A stretch of 64,000 nt of DNA from Rhizodiscina lignyota. Its lineage: Eukaryota. Made by a program: the position numbers and the translations under genes. The stretch is taken from NCBI GenBank assembly GCA_010015805.1, contig ML978135.1, forward strand, positions 124,001 to 188,000, read 5' to 3'. Below are positions 38,206-50,405 of this stretch, in pieces (the first letter of the stretch is position 1; the number at the start of each line of letters is the position of its first letter). The notes under the pieces were generated by a model, which saw only the letters and a list, made by a program, of their open reading frames with translations, was not told the origin of the DNA and made no database searches.

Positions 38206-39349
38206 GGCTATAGATCTTTCTTTGCTTTTGAGACTATGTTGGTCCACCTTGAGCAGCTTTAAAATTTACAGCTCCTTGCGTCATATAATAGTAAACTGGA
38301 GTAGGTCTCGATTGTTACCACCTTTATAAAGCTAGGCTTAAGGTTCAGCCGGTCACCGGTCACGTGCACTATCCATGCCATGCACTCGGCGATCTTGGAT
38401 ACGGACTTGGACTGCGGTTAGTAATTGATAGTGGCTTGGCTTTAGCTGAGTGAAAAAATAAATAAAGATTAGTCGGTATAATATCCAAAATATGCTGTCC
38501 TGCGTTCTCCTATCGCTTTCCTTTCCCGTTGCTGACATGCGGAATTAATCCCTCGCATTGGCAGTTGCGGAGATCCGGAGACACAAGCGAGGAAGTTGGA
38601 GACTATTTGCTTAAGTCAGCGCAGCAATATCATCTCGCTTGCACTATGTTGACATTCAAAGCTGCATTGTCTACGTTGGTGATATAGTCCGCTGTGAGCA
38701 AGGGCTTGTGGTGTCGCGTTTACCCAAACGGTACACCTGTCGACGATGGGTTAAGACCTGTGCATGAAGATTTAGTCATATTTCTTCAATGCTCTAGAGC
38801 TATCGTCTCATCAGTGTCACCATATCAATCGTCTCAGGTAAGGGTTAAGCTATGCGCCGCCCACTCGGACACATGATCATGACACCGCTGGTAAATTGCG
38901 CTACGAACGCAAATCCCCGTTCTGGAGTCGACCAAAGGCCCACAGAAAACAGCGGTGAATTGAATAATCAACCCAGTGGGGGGCTCTCTTCTCTGATAGA
39001 CAAAGAGTGAATCGAAAAGACGTACCACTATGACTACGGAAATAGTAACCGGTCATTCTAATTACGATAACCACCCAAATCCTCTAGATTAAAAGAGCAA
39101 AAGAGGTGAACGTTAAAAGGATATCTCCGCCCCAAGGCTCCACTCATATATCCGGGGGTCTCCGGCGGTGGTGGTGAGAAGAATGCTACCGCTCCGCTGA
39201 AGCGAAGAGGGAGGCTATACTGCTGAAGACAATGGAAAGACGGCGAAGTCAAGGACAGGCGCCGCGGACGAAATACGGAAGATTGGAAGTTCTTCTTGAA
39301 GTGAGACGAGATAAGCAGGAGAATTTGATATTTGGTAGAGCACGTGACA

Positions 39350-39384
39350 TAGGGTTAGGGTTCAGGGGCAGGGGCAGGGGAGGG
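39350..39384. promoter_or_regulatory. Telomere-like box (TAGGGTTAGGGTT) with further G-tracts, next to CACGTG at 39341
   Basis: TAGGGTTAGGGTTCAGGGGCAGGGGCAGGGGAGGG, followed by a T-rich tract. Confidence 0.5.
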
Positions 39385-39951
39385 ATTTCTTGTTCTTTCA
39401 AATTTTTAACTTATTGTTTTTAGTTGCAACATCCCATTATTTGCTCTCGGAGTCGACTTCAAACATCTTTTACGAAGGCGAGCAGTGAAAATGATGGGAT
39501 ACTACAACATATAGCTGTCAGACACAGTGCGCGCCCTACACCACATTTCTCGATAATGGGACTCGCGAGTCACATCCGGAGACTCGTTTCACTCCGTACG
39601 TACTCATGCACTTGAGCATGCTCATTGCGACTGAAGTCTCATACACCATTGAATTCAATAGAATTGCTGCGCGGGTTGGTATCACAGATTATGAATAGCA
39701 TTTCCCGCAAAGCTACGTCAAGTCTTTCCGTGGAACAACTGACGATTTAATAAAGAATCCTTCGAATCACTGTGCTAAAATCTAGCGCCATGAGCACTTA
39801 TCCTTTCGTTTCTTTCTCGCAAAGTCGTTTCGTCTCCGCCGGTACGACCTATCCACGATACGCAGTCCTTAATATCTCGATCTCCTAGCCGACGTTTCTC
39901 TCAGAGGTACTCTACTCTACCTCCCCTCAGGCGCCCAGATGCGTCATCTTC

Positions 39952-40821
39952 TTAGTCTCCTCTGCCTGCAGTGGCCGAAGTTTGAGTTGCGAGGGGACGA
40001 ACAGCAGCTTCCACTACCTCCGCCGCCCGAGCCAGCTTTGCGTAAAACGCTTTGCAGGTACTTTGCTCTGTTCCCTCCAAGCACCAGCAAGTTACCATGT
40101 GGGATTGCTCATGCGGGGCGTAGGGAACGATTGTGAGGCAAGAAAGATCTCGCAGCCTCTGTAATTCTTTGACGATAGGCGTTTCCAGGAGCAGTCCTCC
40201 AATCTGGGCCACTTGCTCATCTGTGTGTTGGAGAATGGCGTCTGCCTTATCAAACTTCCACATGTCGAGCTGGACCCTTAAGAACTTTAGCGACGGAAAC
40301 TTGCCAGCAATGTAGGAGTCGACAAAGGAGTGTAGCTCCTCCACATGGTCGAGCACGCGCCCGTGTGTGCCGAGCCGGATGCATAACTTATTGATGAGCA
40401 GCTGGATGTTTGGACGCAGCTTCATGCAGCTTAGCGGCCCGCAATGTCTAATACACCAGACTGTCTTAGAGCTCCAGAGCCACACAAGAGCATCTGCCCG
40501 AATCTTGTGGCAGACTTGGAAGATCGCTGGATCCGGACATGGGCGACTCATTTCTCTGCCCCACCGCTCCCAGAGCCACTGCTTGTTTCCAGACTCGTCG
40601 TGGCCATGAACTGAAAAAATCTAGACGAGTTTCTCTCTTGCCGAGATATTGATCCGGGCGCCGGGCACAAGTTTGTCATAGATCATGAAGCGTAGCTCCT
40701 GCGGGAGCTGAAGGAATGGAAAGGGCTTGGCTTTTCCCACGCGTCGCAGAAAAGAGATGTCAAACAGAGGGGTATTGGATGCGGTTTGGTGTGCCATTTC
40801 GAATAACGAAGCGTACCTCAT
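39952..40821 (-). pseudogene. F-box-like (PFPFLQLPQELR) protein interrupted by one in-frame TAG at 40621-40623
   Basis: ORFs 40621-40821 and 39952-40551 share a frame and the 23 codons between them are open; no plausible intron removes the stop. Confidence 0.7.
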
Positions 40822-41515
40822 GGTGATCTTCAGGAGCGAGTCAGGTGTGGAAAATAGTGTCGAGTCTCTCCTCTTTTGAATGTAACCGAGGGTGGATAAC
40901 AGAAAGAAGAAGGAATCAAAGGAGAAAATGAAAGTTTATATCTAGGAGACACTATGATTGGTGAAGTGATTTCGTGTTGCCATGCATGAGATGTTCGTTT
41001 GCGTTGGCATTCGTGTTGCGATTCGGTGAAATCGCTTTTCTCGAGGTGATTAAGCAGAATTAAGCCTGTGCTGCTTTTTGAACATATATTTTATGTGACA
41101 AAGAGTGTTCAATCAAGGAACACGTACAGGCAGCTATAAGACAGCACATTGCCCATCTAGTTGCTGCGACTTCCGCAACACATAACGGAGTCGTCATTTG
41201 TTTGACGGCTCATTAAACACTCGCGGGTAGGGAAAGTTTCCAGATTATTCACCGACTTCAACAATTTGGGAAGTTGGCACTTCTAGTCACTCCATCAGAC
41301 GTTCAAGTCACGAGTCAACGTTCTTTGACGGGATTGGCGACAAGAATAACATACGAGATTCTTTTATCTACGTCACGTACATTATCCCCAACCAACACCG
41401 TGTGTTCCGCCTCCCCGTAAGGAAAAGTGACACCTCAGTTACCCTTTTGACAGTTGGAATGTCGTCGCTCGTAATATGTACAATGTCCCGTTCCCCACCC
41501 AGTCGGGCATCCCGC

Positions 41516-43198
41516 TCAACCTGTCTTGTCTGGCATGTCCGAGATCGAAATTGTTGGCTCCAGCTGGTCGGGGTATTCCTTTCTCGCGACCTCCCTGGCA
41601 GTCTCGGACGTCATGCAGTGGTAGTTCTTGAAGTCACGGACAGGAACCTTATGCTCGAACATTTCGTCGATCTCTTCGAGTGTTCGTCCTTTCGTCTCGG
41701 GAAGCAAGATGAAAATGAATACTGTAGAGAATGTCAGTAAGCATCGTAAACGACTATGAGTGAGGAGCCGTCAAGGCACGTACCGAACACAATGAAATTT
41801 GCTCCAGCCCAGATGTAACCATACTTGGGGCCCCAATTCAAATCGTCTGGGTTGATGAAGTACGGCGAACAGAACGAGATCAACCAGTTGAAGAAGTAGT
41901 TAAGACCAGTTCCGAAACCAATGGTGGCAACACGCAAGCGCGAAGTGACGACCTCTCCCGCGACTGGCCAGCTCACAGTGCCGATGAAGCCATTGTAGAA
42001 GAAGTAGAACATCAAAGAGAATCCAAGCAACGCACGGCCTGCAGCGAGTGACTGTGGAGCAGCTGTGTATGCGACAGCGATGGCTAACATGCAGCATGAG
42101 CAGCCAATGGCACCGATCATCAACATCCAGCGACGGCCAAAGACTCTCTGTGTCAGAGGCAGACCGACCAGGACGCCGATGAGCCCCATGACGGTGCCGA
42201 GCACGGATGCTTCGAAGGGCTTCTTGAGTCCGGCGGCCTGGAAGAAGAAGGTTCCGAAAGACAGGATGAACCAGAGACCAGTAGCAGCATGGGAGACAAC
42301 GACGCCGACGGAGATGATTGTTCGGCGGAGGTTAGTGCCCCTGAACATGTCGACGATTTCATAGTTGCCCGAAAACTCTTTCTCTGCCTCGATACCACGT
42401 TGCATCTCAACAAACTCTTCGTTGAGCATCTCCGGATTCAGAGAGTCGCCTCGTAGTTTCTTCAGTGCTATCTTTGCCTGCTCTGGTTTGTTCTGCACCA
42501 GCAGCCAACGAGGACTCTCTGGTACAAACAGCATAAGAACGCTGAGCAGTGCTGGAATGGCGAACAGCGAAGCCAATGGAATCTGGTACGAGAGCTTGTT
42601 CAGACGATTCTTTGTGAAGTTATCGCACACGGAGCCGAGAATGCTTCCAATGTTGACCCACAAGCCAAAGAACGACACAATCACGCCACGGAGGTGGGGT
42701 GGTGCAGCCTCGACGGTGTAAACATTCGAGAATGTGATGAAGAATCCATTAGAGATACCCAGGATGATACGTCCAGCGTACAGCCCTCCCAAGGTAGTCG
42801 TTCCAATCTGGACGGCGCATGCAATGAAGGAAATCAGACAAGCCAACCAGATGGCAGGCTTTCGGCCGAATTTAGCAGCGAAAGGAGGCGTGCAGATGGC
42901 TCCAATAATTGTTCCAACATTGAGGAAGGAGCTGATGAGTTGCTGCGGGCCAGTATGAAGGTTCCATCCGGTGACTGACTTTGGATCTTTATAGCCGAAG
43001 ATCTCGAGGAACCCGATCATTGCTTGGAAACCCGCCACAGCATTGGTATCGAATCCATATTGAGCGTTGGCCATAGAAACCTGTAGAGCGTAAGTATCTC
43101 CTCATTCAGAAGCGTATCATTGGATCTCGTACGAATAGACAGATGCCAATACATTTCCAATTCGCCGCCAGGGGCGTGTTGCGCTCTGGACTGTACAT
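41516..43198 (-). CDS. Sugar porter MFS transporter, maltose/alpha-glucoside permease-like (introns 43081-43132 and 41722-41783)
   Basis: YGFD, KFGRK, GRIILG, EAAPPHLRG, PESPRWL, FGRR and PETKGRTLEEIDEMF. Confidence 0.94.
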
Positions 43199-44448
43199 TC
43201 TGGATGGCCGGTGCTCTTGCTTCTTGACGTGAACAGATGAAGAGTATCAACGTCAAACCTGTTGATGTAGATACCCTCGGAGAATTTCTCGCGCACGACA
43301 GAAGAAAGTGGAGTGGAAGTACGAGAAGACTAAAAATGCGAGCAGACGATCCACTCGCTACATTTCAACGATCTTAGGATGGATATTGACTCGAATCTAG
43401 CTCGCATCTAGAAGCGAATGCGGGGTCCGTGAGCCCAGCTACGAGCACATTTAACCACGGTCTGCCGCCACAGGAGGCATTGATATTGTGAAGGATGCCC
43501 GTCGATGCACAGATGCAGTTGTTTTGCATACGGGGCCATCGTTCCGGGGCTGGACGACAGCTGGGAAGAGCGCGCGCCTGCGGTTCGCTGAGTCGCTAGA
43601 GTGCCGGGCGGCATGTCGCAAACGGATCAAGTACCGACGACAGCAGGCATGCCGCTGCTATGAGGCTCAGACCCTTTGATCTTGGATAAGTGAGATGTTG
43701 TTGCGGGCATGTTGCGGCGAGGATGCCCACACATCGTTTCTTGTTTCAGCAGCTCTCCGTGTTGCAGCGTTGCACTCTTTCAAGGCCCAACAAATTCGAC
43801 CTTCCCGAATCTCTGAAAGCTCCTCGGCGCAATCTCAGAACCTGCATTCTCCCATGCTCTTGTCGAGTTGTCGGCCAGGCACGCAATGCGCGAAGGAGTG
43901 CCAACCTAAGCCCGAGTCAGTCGACAGCAAGCGACAGCAAGGACATGGGATGATCAGCAGCGAATTTAGGTTAAGGTTCTTATGCCGCGCAATTATCCGG
44001 GGAGAGCTGCGGGGACATAAGCAGCCACGGCAACGGGAGCGGCCCCATTCCAACGGCTGGGCGTCGCTTGCTCGCTGGCTGCTCTGCTAGTAACGACACC
44101 ATCCCAGCCCCAAAAGCTTCCGTGCGGATCGCAACTGCCGAGTGCTGTAAGAGAATCCACTCGCCGAATGGTCACGAGAAACTCAGATTGCGAATATGAC
44201 ATCTAGATGTATAGATGCTGTCCCGTGAAGTCGATTGGGCATGTTTCATTGCCTGATATCGAGCAGAGCCCGTCCCAAAGCCCAGCATCTCGAGCTCCAT
44301 TTGAAATTCAAATTCTGCGACACTTTCTCAGTCTCGACGCGTGCGTTTGTTTCTTGCGTTTGTACTTTGCCACATAATTTCATTTTCCGTTACATAGTCG
44401 TTTACCCAGTCTCGTACTACCATCGTACGACCGTCCTTTGGACCCATC

Positions 44449-46607
44449 ATGGCGGATGGCCCCGAGAAAGCTGGCCTGAATGCTTGTCAAAAGGTGCTCA
44501 TCCACCACGCAATCGGCCTGCCTTCCAATCCCGGCAACATCCCTCCGGAGACTGTTCTGCTCTTGAAACCATCATGGCTTCTAGCCTCCGAAGCTGCCTG
44601 GAATAGCATGGAAGGCTCGTACAATTCTCTCGGGCGACCGACTTTTCACCGGAAAGACAGGTTTTGGCTTGCGCCGGACCACATTGTGGACCCCCGTGTG
44701 AATGAGCGGCCTCGGGAGAAGGGCATCATTGAGAAGTGCGAGCGGATTGCGAAGGAGATGGATTTGGGCGACAATTACAATCCGCCGAATACAACGATTA
44801 TGCACACAGATTTCTATAGGAAGAGATGCCAACCGGGAATGCTAATTATAGGCGCCGATTCTCACACGGGGAGCGCTGGAAGCCTGGGAGCATTGGCGAT
44901 CGGGATGGGCATCAGCGATGTTATGATGCAGATCGTGACAGGGGAAACCTTTCTGAAAATGCCCGAGGTTATCTGTATACGCTTCGTAGGCCGGCCAACT
45001 TTAGGACTTGGCGGGAAAGATGTGATACTCGGTGTCCTCGGCCAGTTGAAGAGAAACACAGTGGCCGCTGAGCGTCTTGTTGAATTTGTGGGCGAAGGTC
45101 TCCAATACCTCAGCTCCGATGCTAGATTTGCAATATGCAACATGGTCACCGAGTTCGGCGGTATTGGTGCCATGGTAGTCCCGGATGCAGTGACTGCCGA
45201 TTTCATTGCGCGGAGGCCTGACAAGAAACATAAATCAGATGGTGCTTACTTCAGGCCAGACAGCAACGCAACGTATGCTGGAGTGTATGAAATTGACCTG
45301 TCAAAGCTGGAACATTACGTTGCATTGTACCCAAGCCCGGACAATGTGGTGCCAGTGTCGCAGGCGGAATTGCCGATACTCCAAGGCTGCTTTATCGGAG
45401 CATGCACAACCACGGAAGAAGACCTGATTCTTGGAGGCCTAGTGTTGAGGGAAGCGTTGAAGATGGGCATGAAGCCAAATGCGAAAGGCTTACGGCGAGT
45501 GACACCCGGATCGATAGGGATTATTGAGAGACTGAAGAAGTTTGGACTAATCGAAGTATACGAAGATGCAGGATTTGTTGTTGGCGCTCCAGGATGCAGT
45601 TACTGTGTCGGAATGGGAATTGACAAGGCTGGCAATGGCGAAGTCTGGCTGTCCTCGCAAAACAGAAATTACAGAGATCGAATGGGGCCAGGTATGTGCC
45701 ATTCTGAATCGTCTGCTCTTCAATTAGGATCCCGTTGCACTAACGTCTGCGAGGTTCCATTGCAAACATTGCATCGGCAGCAACAGTAGCGGCATCGAGC
45801 TTTACAATGACGCTTCAGAATCCGCAACCTCTGCTTGACAAGATCGACTTTGCCGAGTATGACACGATGCGAGAGCATACACTGTCGGCAAGTTCCTTGC
45901 CGCAGCCCACATACAGTGAACCCGTTCCAGCCACACGAGAAGATGTCGAGACAGAAGCCGAGACCGTCTCTGCCGCGCCGTCTACATCTTCAGAGCAAGC
46001 AGCATCGCTTCCTGATCTTATCACAGGCCGTGTACAGCGCTTCGGTGACAACATCGATACCGACTCTATAGCGCCAACTGAGATCTGCATACAACCGACG
46101 CCCGAAAAGCTTGCGCGTGGAGCCTTCCTCCATACAAAGCCGACGTTTTATGACCTTACACAAGCTGGCGCAACCATTTTGGTGGCTCAGAATGCGTTCG
46201 GGACTGGTTCGTCGAGAGAACAAGCTCCCAATGCGCTGTTAGCTGCAGGCATCAAAGCTGTAATCGCAAAGAGTTATGCTTTCATCTACGGACGAAACCA
46301 GGCCAACAAAGGGCTGCTCGGAATCAGGCTGCAGAATGACAGATTCTATGAGCTGGCACAAGAAGGTGTTGAGATGAGCATTGATATCAGGAACCGCAAG
46401 ATCTCATGTGGCGGAGAGGAGTTTGACTTCCAGCTGGATCCAATTGAAGAAAAATTACTTGCGGCCGGTGGGCTGTTGAGGATTTACAATCTTTATGGGA
46501 CAAAACTGTTTAGAAAGCTGCAGGAAGCTGCTATAGCAATGAACGGCGCGAAGAAGAGTCAGCCGGAGATGGTTGAGGAGAAAAAAGATAGCAAGTTGGA
46601 TTGGTGA
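44449..46607 (+). CDS. Aconitase-family [4Fe-4S] hydro-lyase, fused LeuC+LeuD/homoaconitase-like (intron 45692-45753)
   Basis: APDH, GADSHT, FIGACTT, PGCSYCVG (three cluster Cys) and SQNRN; swivel domain DNIDTD and FGTGSSREQA. Confidence 0.92.
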
Positions 46608-47227
46608 AAACGAGTAACCATGATCTCACGACCGGCTTCATCATCGTGAAGACATGGTGAATTAAGACTGACATCCTTCGACGAAGAGCATGCACCAGAA
46701 GATGCTATGAAGTTCCAGATACCTAAGAGCATCTGCACTACAGTTAGACTGATAGTTGGCGTCAGGCTTGAAGTCTGGTCAAACTGTGGTAACAACGCCC
46801 TCGACTCGGAGAAGATGATGGTGATTGAACCGTCATATTGACCGTGAATTAAGCAGAGACACCACTAGATTCAAGTAGTGTCGAGCAAAACTAGATTTAA
46901 TTGAAAAACCAGATGTTAAGGAGAAGTCGTCCCGCCGGAATCGGGCAGAGGCTGGCGCGCTGTTGACGCGCGAGTCATGGCTGCCAAGGCCGTCATCGGG
47001 ACGCGACAGATTGCGCGATCGGATTCTGTCAGCAATCGAAACTCCGTTACATCTCGGAGGTGATAACACTTTGCGATTGTGAAATGATAGGTACATGTCT
47101 AACGTATCCACAAAGCGCGACTGCTTAACCTCGCTTATGTTAATTCCGGTCTAGTATATGGGCTCATGTCTTGCACTCATTGGTCCCAATAAAGTTCTGT
47201 CTTTCACCCAATCTGAAGTCTCCAATA

Positions 47228-48513
47228 ATGTCTCAAGTCAAGTCTAAATCGAAGCTTTTCAGCCGCTTCACTATCGCAGATGGCAATATTCAACTACGGC
47301 ATAGAGTCATTATGGCTCCAATGACGCGCAATCGAGGTGTCCCACTGTCGGAAGGGACGCCAGAAGCTCCGAATCGCATATGGCTTCCAGACGAGGTCTC
47401 GGCAGAGTACTATGGCCAAAGAGCTTCAAGAGGTGGCTTGCTCATCACCGAAGGTATTCCGCCTTCCATCGAAGCCTCCGGCATGCCGCAAGTCCCAGGG
47501 ATGTTCGATCCCTCCCAAGCTGCCGGGTGGAAACTGGTTGTTGAGGCCGTTCATGCAAAAGGTGGCTTCATCTATGCCCAGCTGTGGCATGCAGGCAGAG
47601 CAACGATACCACAAATGACTGGCTTACCACCTGTGTCAGCTTCTGCGACACCGTGGGATGACGATGAGAAATTTCCGTTCCGGACACCTTTCACGAAGGA
47701 GAAGATCGCGTATCGAGATTACCCACCCATAGCCATGACTCCTGAGCACATTGAGCGCACAATTGACGACTATGTAAGAGCAGCAAATATGGCAATGGAG
47801 CTGGGCTTCGATGGAGTGGAGGTCAATGGAGGCAATGGGAACTGTAGGATATGATGAGCACAGTGAATTAAGAGTCTGGCTAATCTATTCTAGTGCCGGA
47901 CCAATTTCTCCACTCAAACATCAATACTCGCTCAGATGATTACGGAGGATCGCCTGAGAAGCGCTGCAAGTTTGTCATAGACCTTGTGGACGCGCTGGCT
48001 TCGGCTATCGGAGCGGCCAACGTCGGTGTCCGGTTAGAGCCTTGTGGCCTCTACAACCACACGCGTGGAACCGAGCGAGTTGAGACGTGGAGTTTCTTGT
48101 GCCAACAATTGAAGAAGGCACACAGACTCAGTTACGTGCATTTCATCGAGCCAAGATTCGACCGCATTGAGAGTGAGAAGGAGAAAGAGGGATTCTACAA
48201 GAGCTGGAGTCTCCCTGAAGTTGGCAACAGCTACTTCCGTAAGATCATGGGCGATACGCCGTGTATCTCATGTGGCGGCTGGGACGACAAGAACGTGTTC
48301 CAGGCAATGGAAGACGGGCTGTACGACGGATTCGTGTTCGCCAAATGGTTCACTAGCAACCCAGATTTACCGGAGAGACTGAGAAACGGTACGCCTTTGC
48401 AAGCGTATGATCGGAGCAGATTCTACGGCTCGTGGGACGGACGCGAGAAAGGATACACCGATTATCCATTCTGGACAGGCAGCAAGAAGCAGGACAAGTC
48501 AATTGCACCTTGA
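47228..48513 (+). CDS. Old Yellow Enzyme (NADH:flavin oxidoreductase) with a substituted active site (intron 47844-47893)
   Basis: MAPMTRNR, QLWHAGR, GFDGVEVNGGNGNLPDQFL, NTRSDDYGGSPEKR, SNPDLPERL and GYTDYP. Confidence 0.93.
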
Positions 48514-49286
48514 ATCACCAAGTCGGCATCCAAGGGCCAGTGTATAAGCACTCTATGTAGGGACTAAACGTCGGTCAGCGTTTTATGCTCGGACCGAATG
48601 AATGTTGCTGATAGATCGTTGTTCGTAAAAGCAGCATGCTCAAGCGCAGCAACGTGAGCAAAAGCGGCATGAGCGACAGTCAGCGCACGACGAGCTAAAA
48701 TCAATAGATAGTGGCGTCAATAATAATATACAGCGAATAGAGAAATAAGCAAATGGTATGTAATCATAACAGTTTGATGTCGTTTTGTCTCTAATTGCTC
48801 TTTTACATCAGAAATGGTTAGACTCACGGAGCAGGGATGCTTATGTACCTCGATACTTACTACTCCACGGGGTATGAAGCTTCGCAAACGCCTGTTTGTT
48901 TAAACATCCAATGACTTCCAATCGGCAAGTTCTATTACCCCGTGTACCATCTTAGGCCGCCGTCGGCTTTGGAGTAGACAGTGAAGGCCGCTAAAGTCCG
49001 GTAAGTCCTGAATGCCTTAATCTCCACACGGGCCGAACAACATCATCTTCAACCGGTACCGCATGTATGTGATTGTTTATTGGTGACTGTTTCTGTCGAT
49101 GGTGTTCGATAACAAGAAGTCGGAGCTGTGGTGTGTCTAGTAGGGAAACTATCACGAAGCCGAACTTTTAGAAAACCTCAACTATAAAGGCCGGTCCACG
49201 ATCAACATTTTGAAGAACCAGAATTTCACAGTCAATCCAATTCACAGCAACAGAACAAATTCACAACGATTAAAATCCAACTCACT

Positions 49287-50405
49287 ATGGCGCCTCTACC
49301 GGAGACGCATCACGCTTTGGTTCAGCGCGTCTATGCTGAGCCGCTCAAGGTTGAGGATATTCCAGTTCCGAAGCCCACGGCCGGCTCTGCAGTCATTAAA
49401 GTCGAAGTAGCCAACATAATCTCATACATGCGCGACATCTACAATGGTGTTCGCAAGTATCAGTACCCAACCCCGCTTGTGCCCGGTACCATGTGCATCG
49501 GACGAGTCGCAGCGCTCGGCTCTGATGCAACACTCTTGAAAGAAGGCCAGCTCGCCTATGTCGACTGCACGATCCGTGGACGAGACGATCCAGGAGCAAT
49601 AATCCTGTCTGGAATTGCTGAGGGCGGGACTGAAGGCAGTAAGGCGCTGATGCACGGGGAATGGAGAGACTCGTCTTATGCAGAGTACATGAAGGCACCA
49701 CTTGAGAACTGCCACCCTGTCGACGAAGCAAAGTTCTGCAGTCCGGTCTCCGAGGGCGGCTTGGGCTACAACATCGGACAGCTCGCATGGTTGGGTATTC
49801 CGCTTGTGCCCTACGGTGGTCTCAAGTCCATCAACTTGCAGGCCGGCGAGACCGTTGTGATCGCTCCGGCGACCGGTGGCTTTGGTGGAGGAGCTGTTCT
49901 TATCGCATTGGCAATGGGGGCGCGAGTTATCGCAATGGGTCGTAACGCAGATGCGTTGGCGAAGCTCAAGAAGTTTGACAGTCGGGTCGAGACCGTTCAG
50001 ATGGTCGGCGATGTTGAGAAAGAGGTGGCCGCATTGAAGAAGTTTGGTCGCATCGACGCCTTCCTCGACATTTCTCCGAGCCAAGCGCAAGACTCCACCC
50101 ATTTCAAGAGCTGTATTCTCTCCCTGAGACCTGAAGGGCGAGTGTCGCTCATGGGTGGCATTCTGGGTGATCTCCCCCTTCCTCACCGCTTCATCATGAG
50201 GTTCAACATCACCTTGAAGGGGAAATGGATGTACTACCGGGAGGATATTCCGGCCTTGATCAAATTGATTGAGCACGGCAACCTGAAACTGGATCACGTT
50301 AAGCTCATTGGGACGTATCCGCTTGAGGAATGGAAGGAAGCGTTCGACGTTGCAGCAGACAAGACAGGACTTGGTGAAATTGTGCTATTGAAGCCTCAAT
50401 ACTAA
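49287..50405 (+). CDS. Medium-chain dehydrogenase/reductase (alcohol dehydrogenase-like, atypical Zn site)
   Basis: GroES-like N-terminus and Rossmann APATGGFGG; the GHE motif is replaced by GTM. Confidence 0.88.
   Translation: MAPLPETHHALVQRVYAEPLKVEDIPVPKPTAGSAVIKVEVANIISYMRDIYNGVRKYQYPTPLVPGTMCIGRVAALGSDATLLKEGQLAYVDCTIRGRDDPGAIILSGIAEGGTEGSKALMHGEWRDSSYAEYMKAPLENCHPVDEAKFCSPVSEGGLGYNIGQLAWLGIPLVPYGGLKSINLQAGETVVIAPATGGFGGGAVLIALAMGARVIAMGRNADALAKLKKFDSRVETVQMVGDVEKEVAALKKFGRIDAFLDISPSQAQDSTHFKSCILSLRPEGRVSLMGGILGDLPLPHRFIMRFNITLKGKWMYYREDIPALIKLIEHGNLKLDHVKLIGTYPLEEWKEAFDVAADKTGLGEIVLLKPQY

Noticed and set aside
38830..39060. U3, U1, snR30 or RNase MRP identity
   Set aside because: Only fragmentary resemblances; box B, the U1 loops, m1/m2 and a correctly spaced P4 pair are absent.
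43200..44448. CreA (SYGGRG) site cluster
   Set aside because: About four sites, no more than chance for this degenerate motif.
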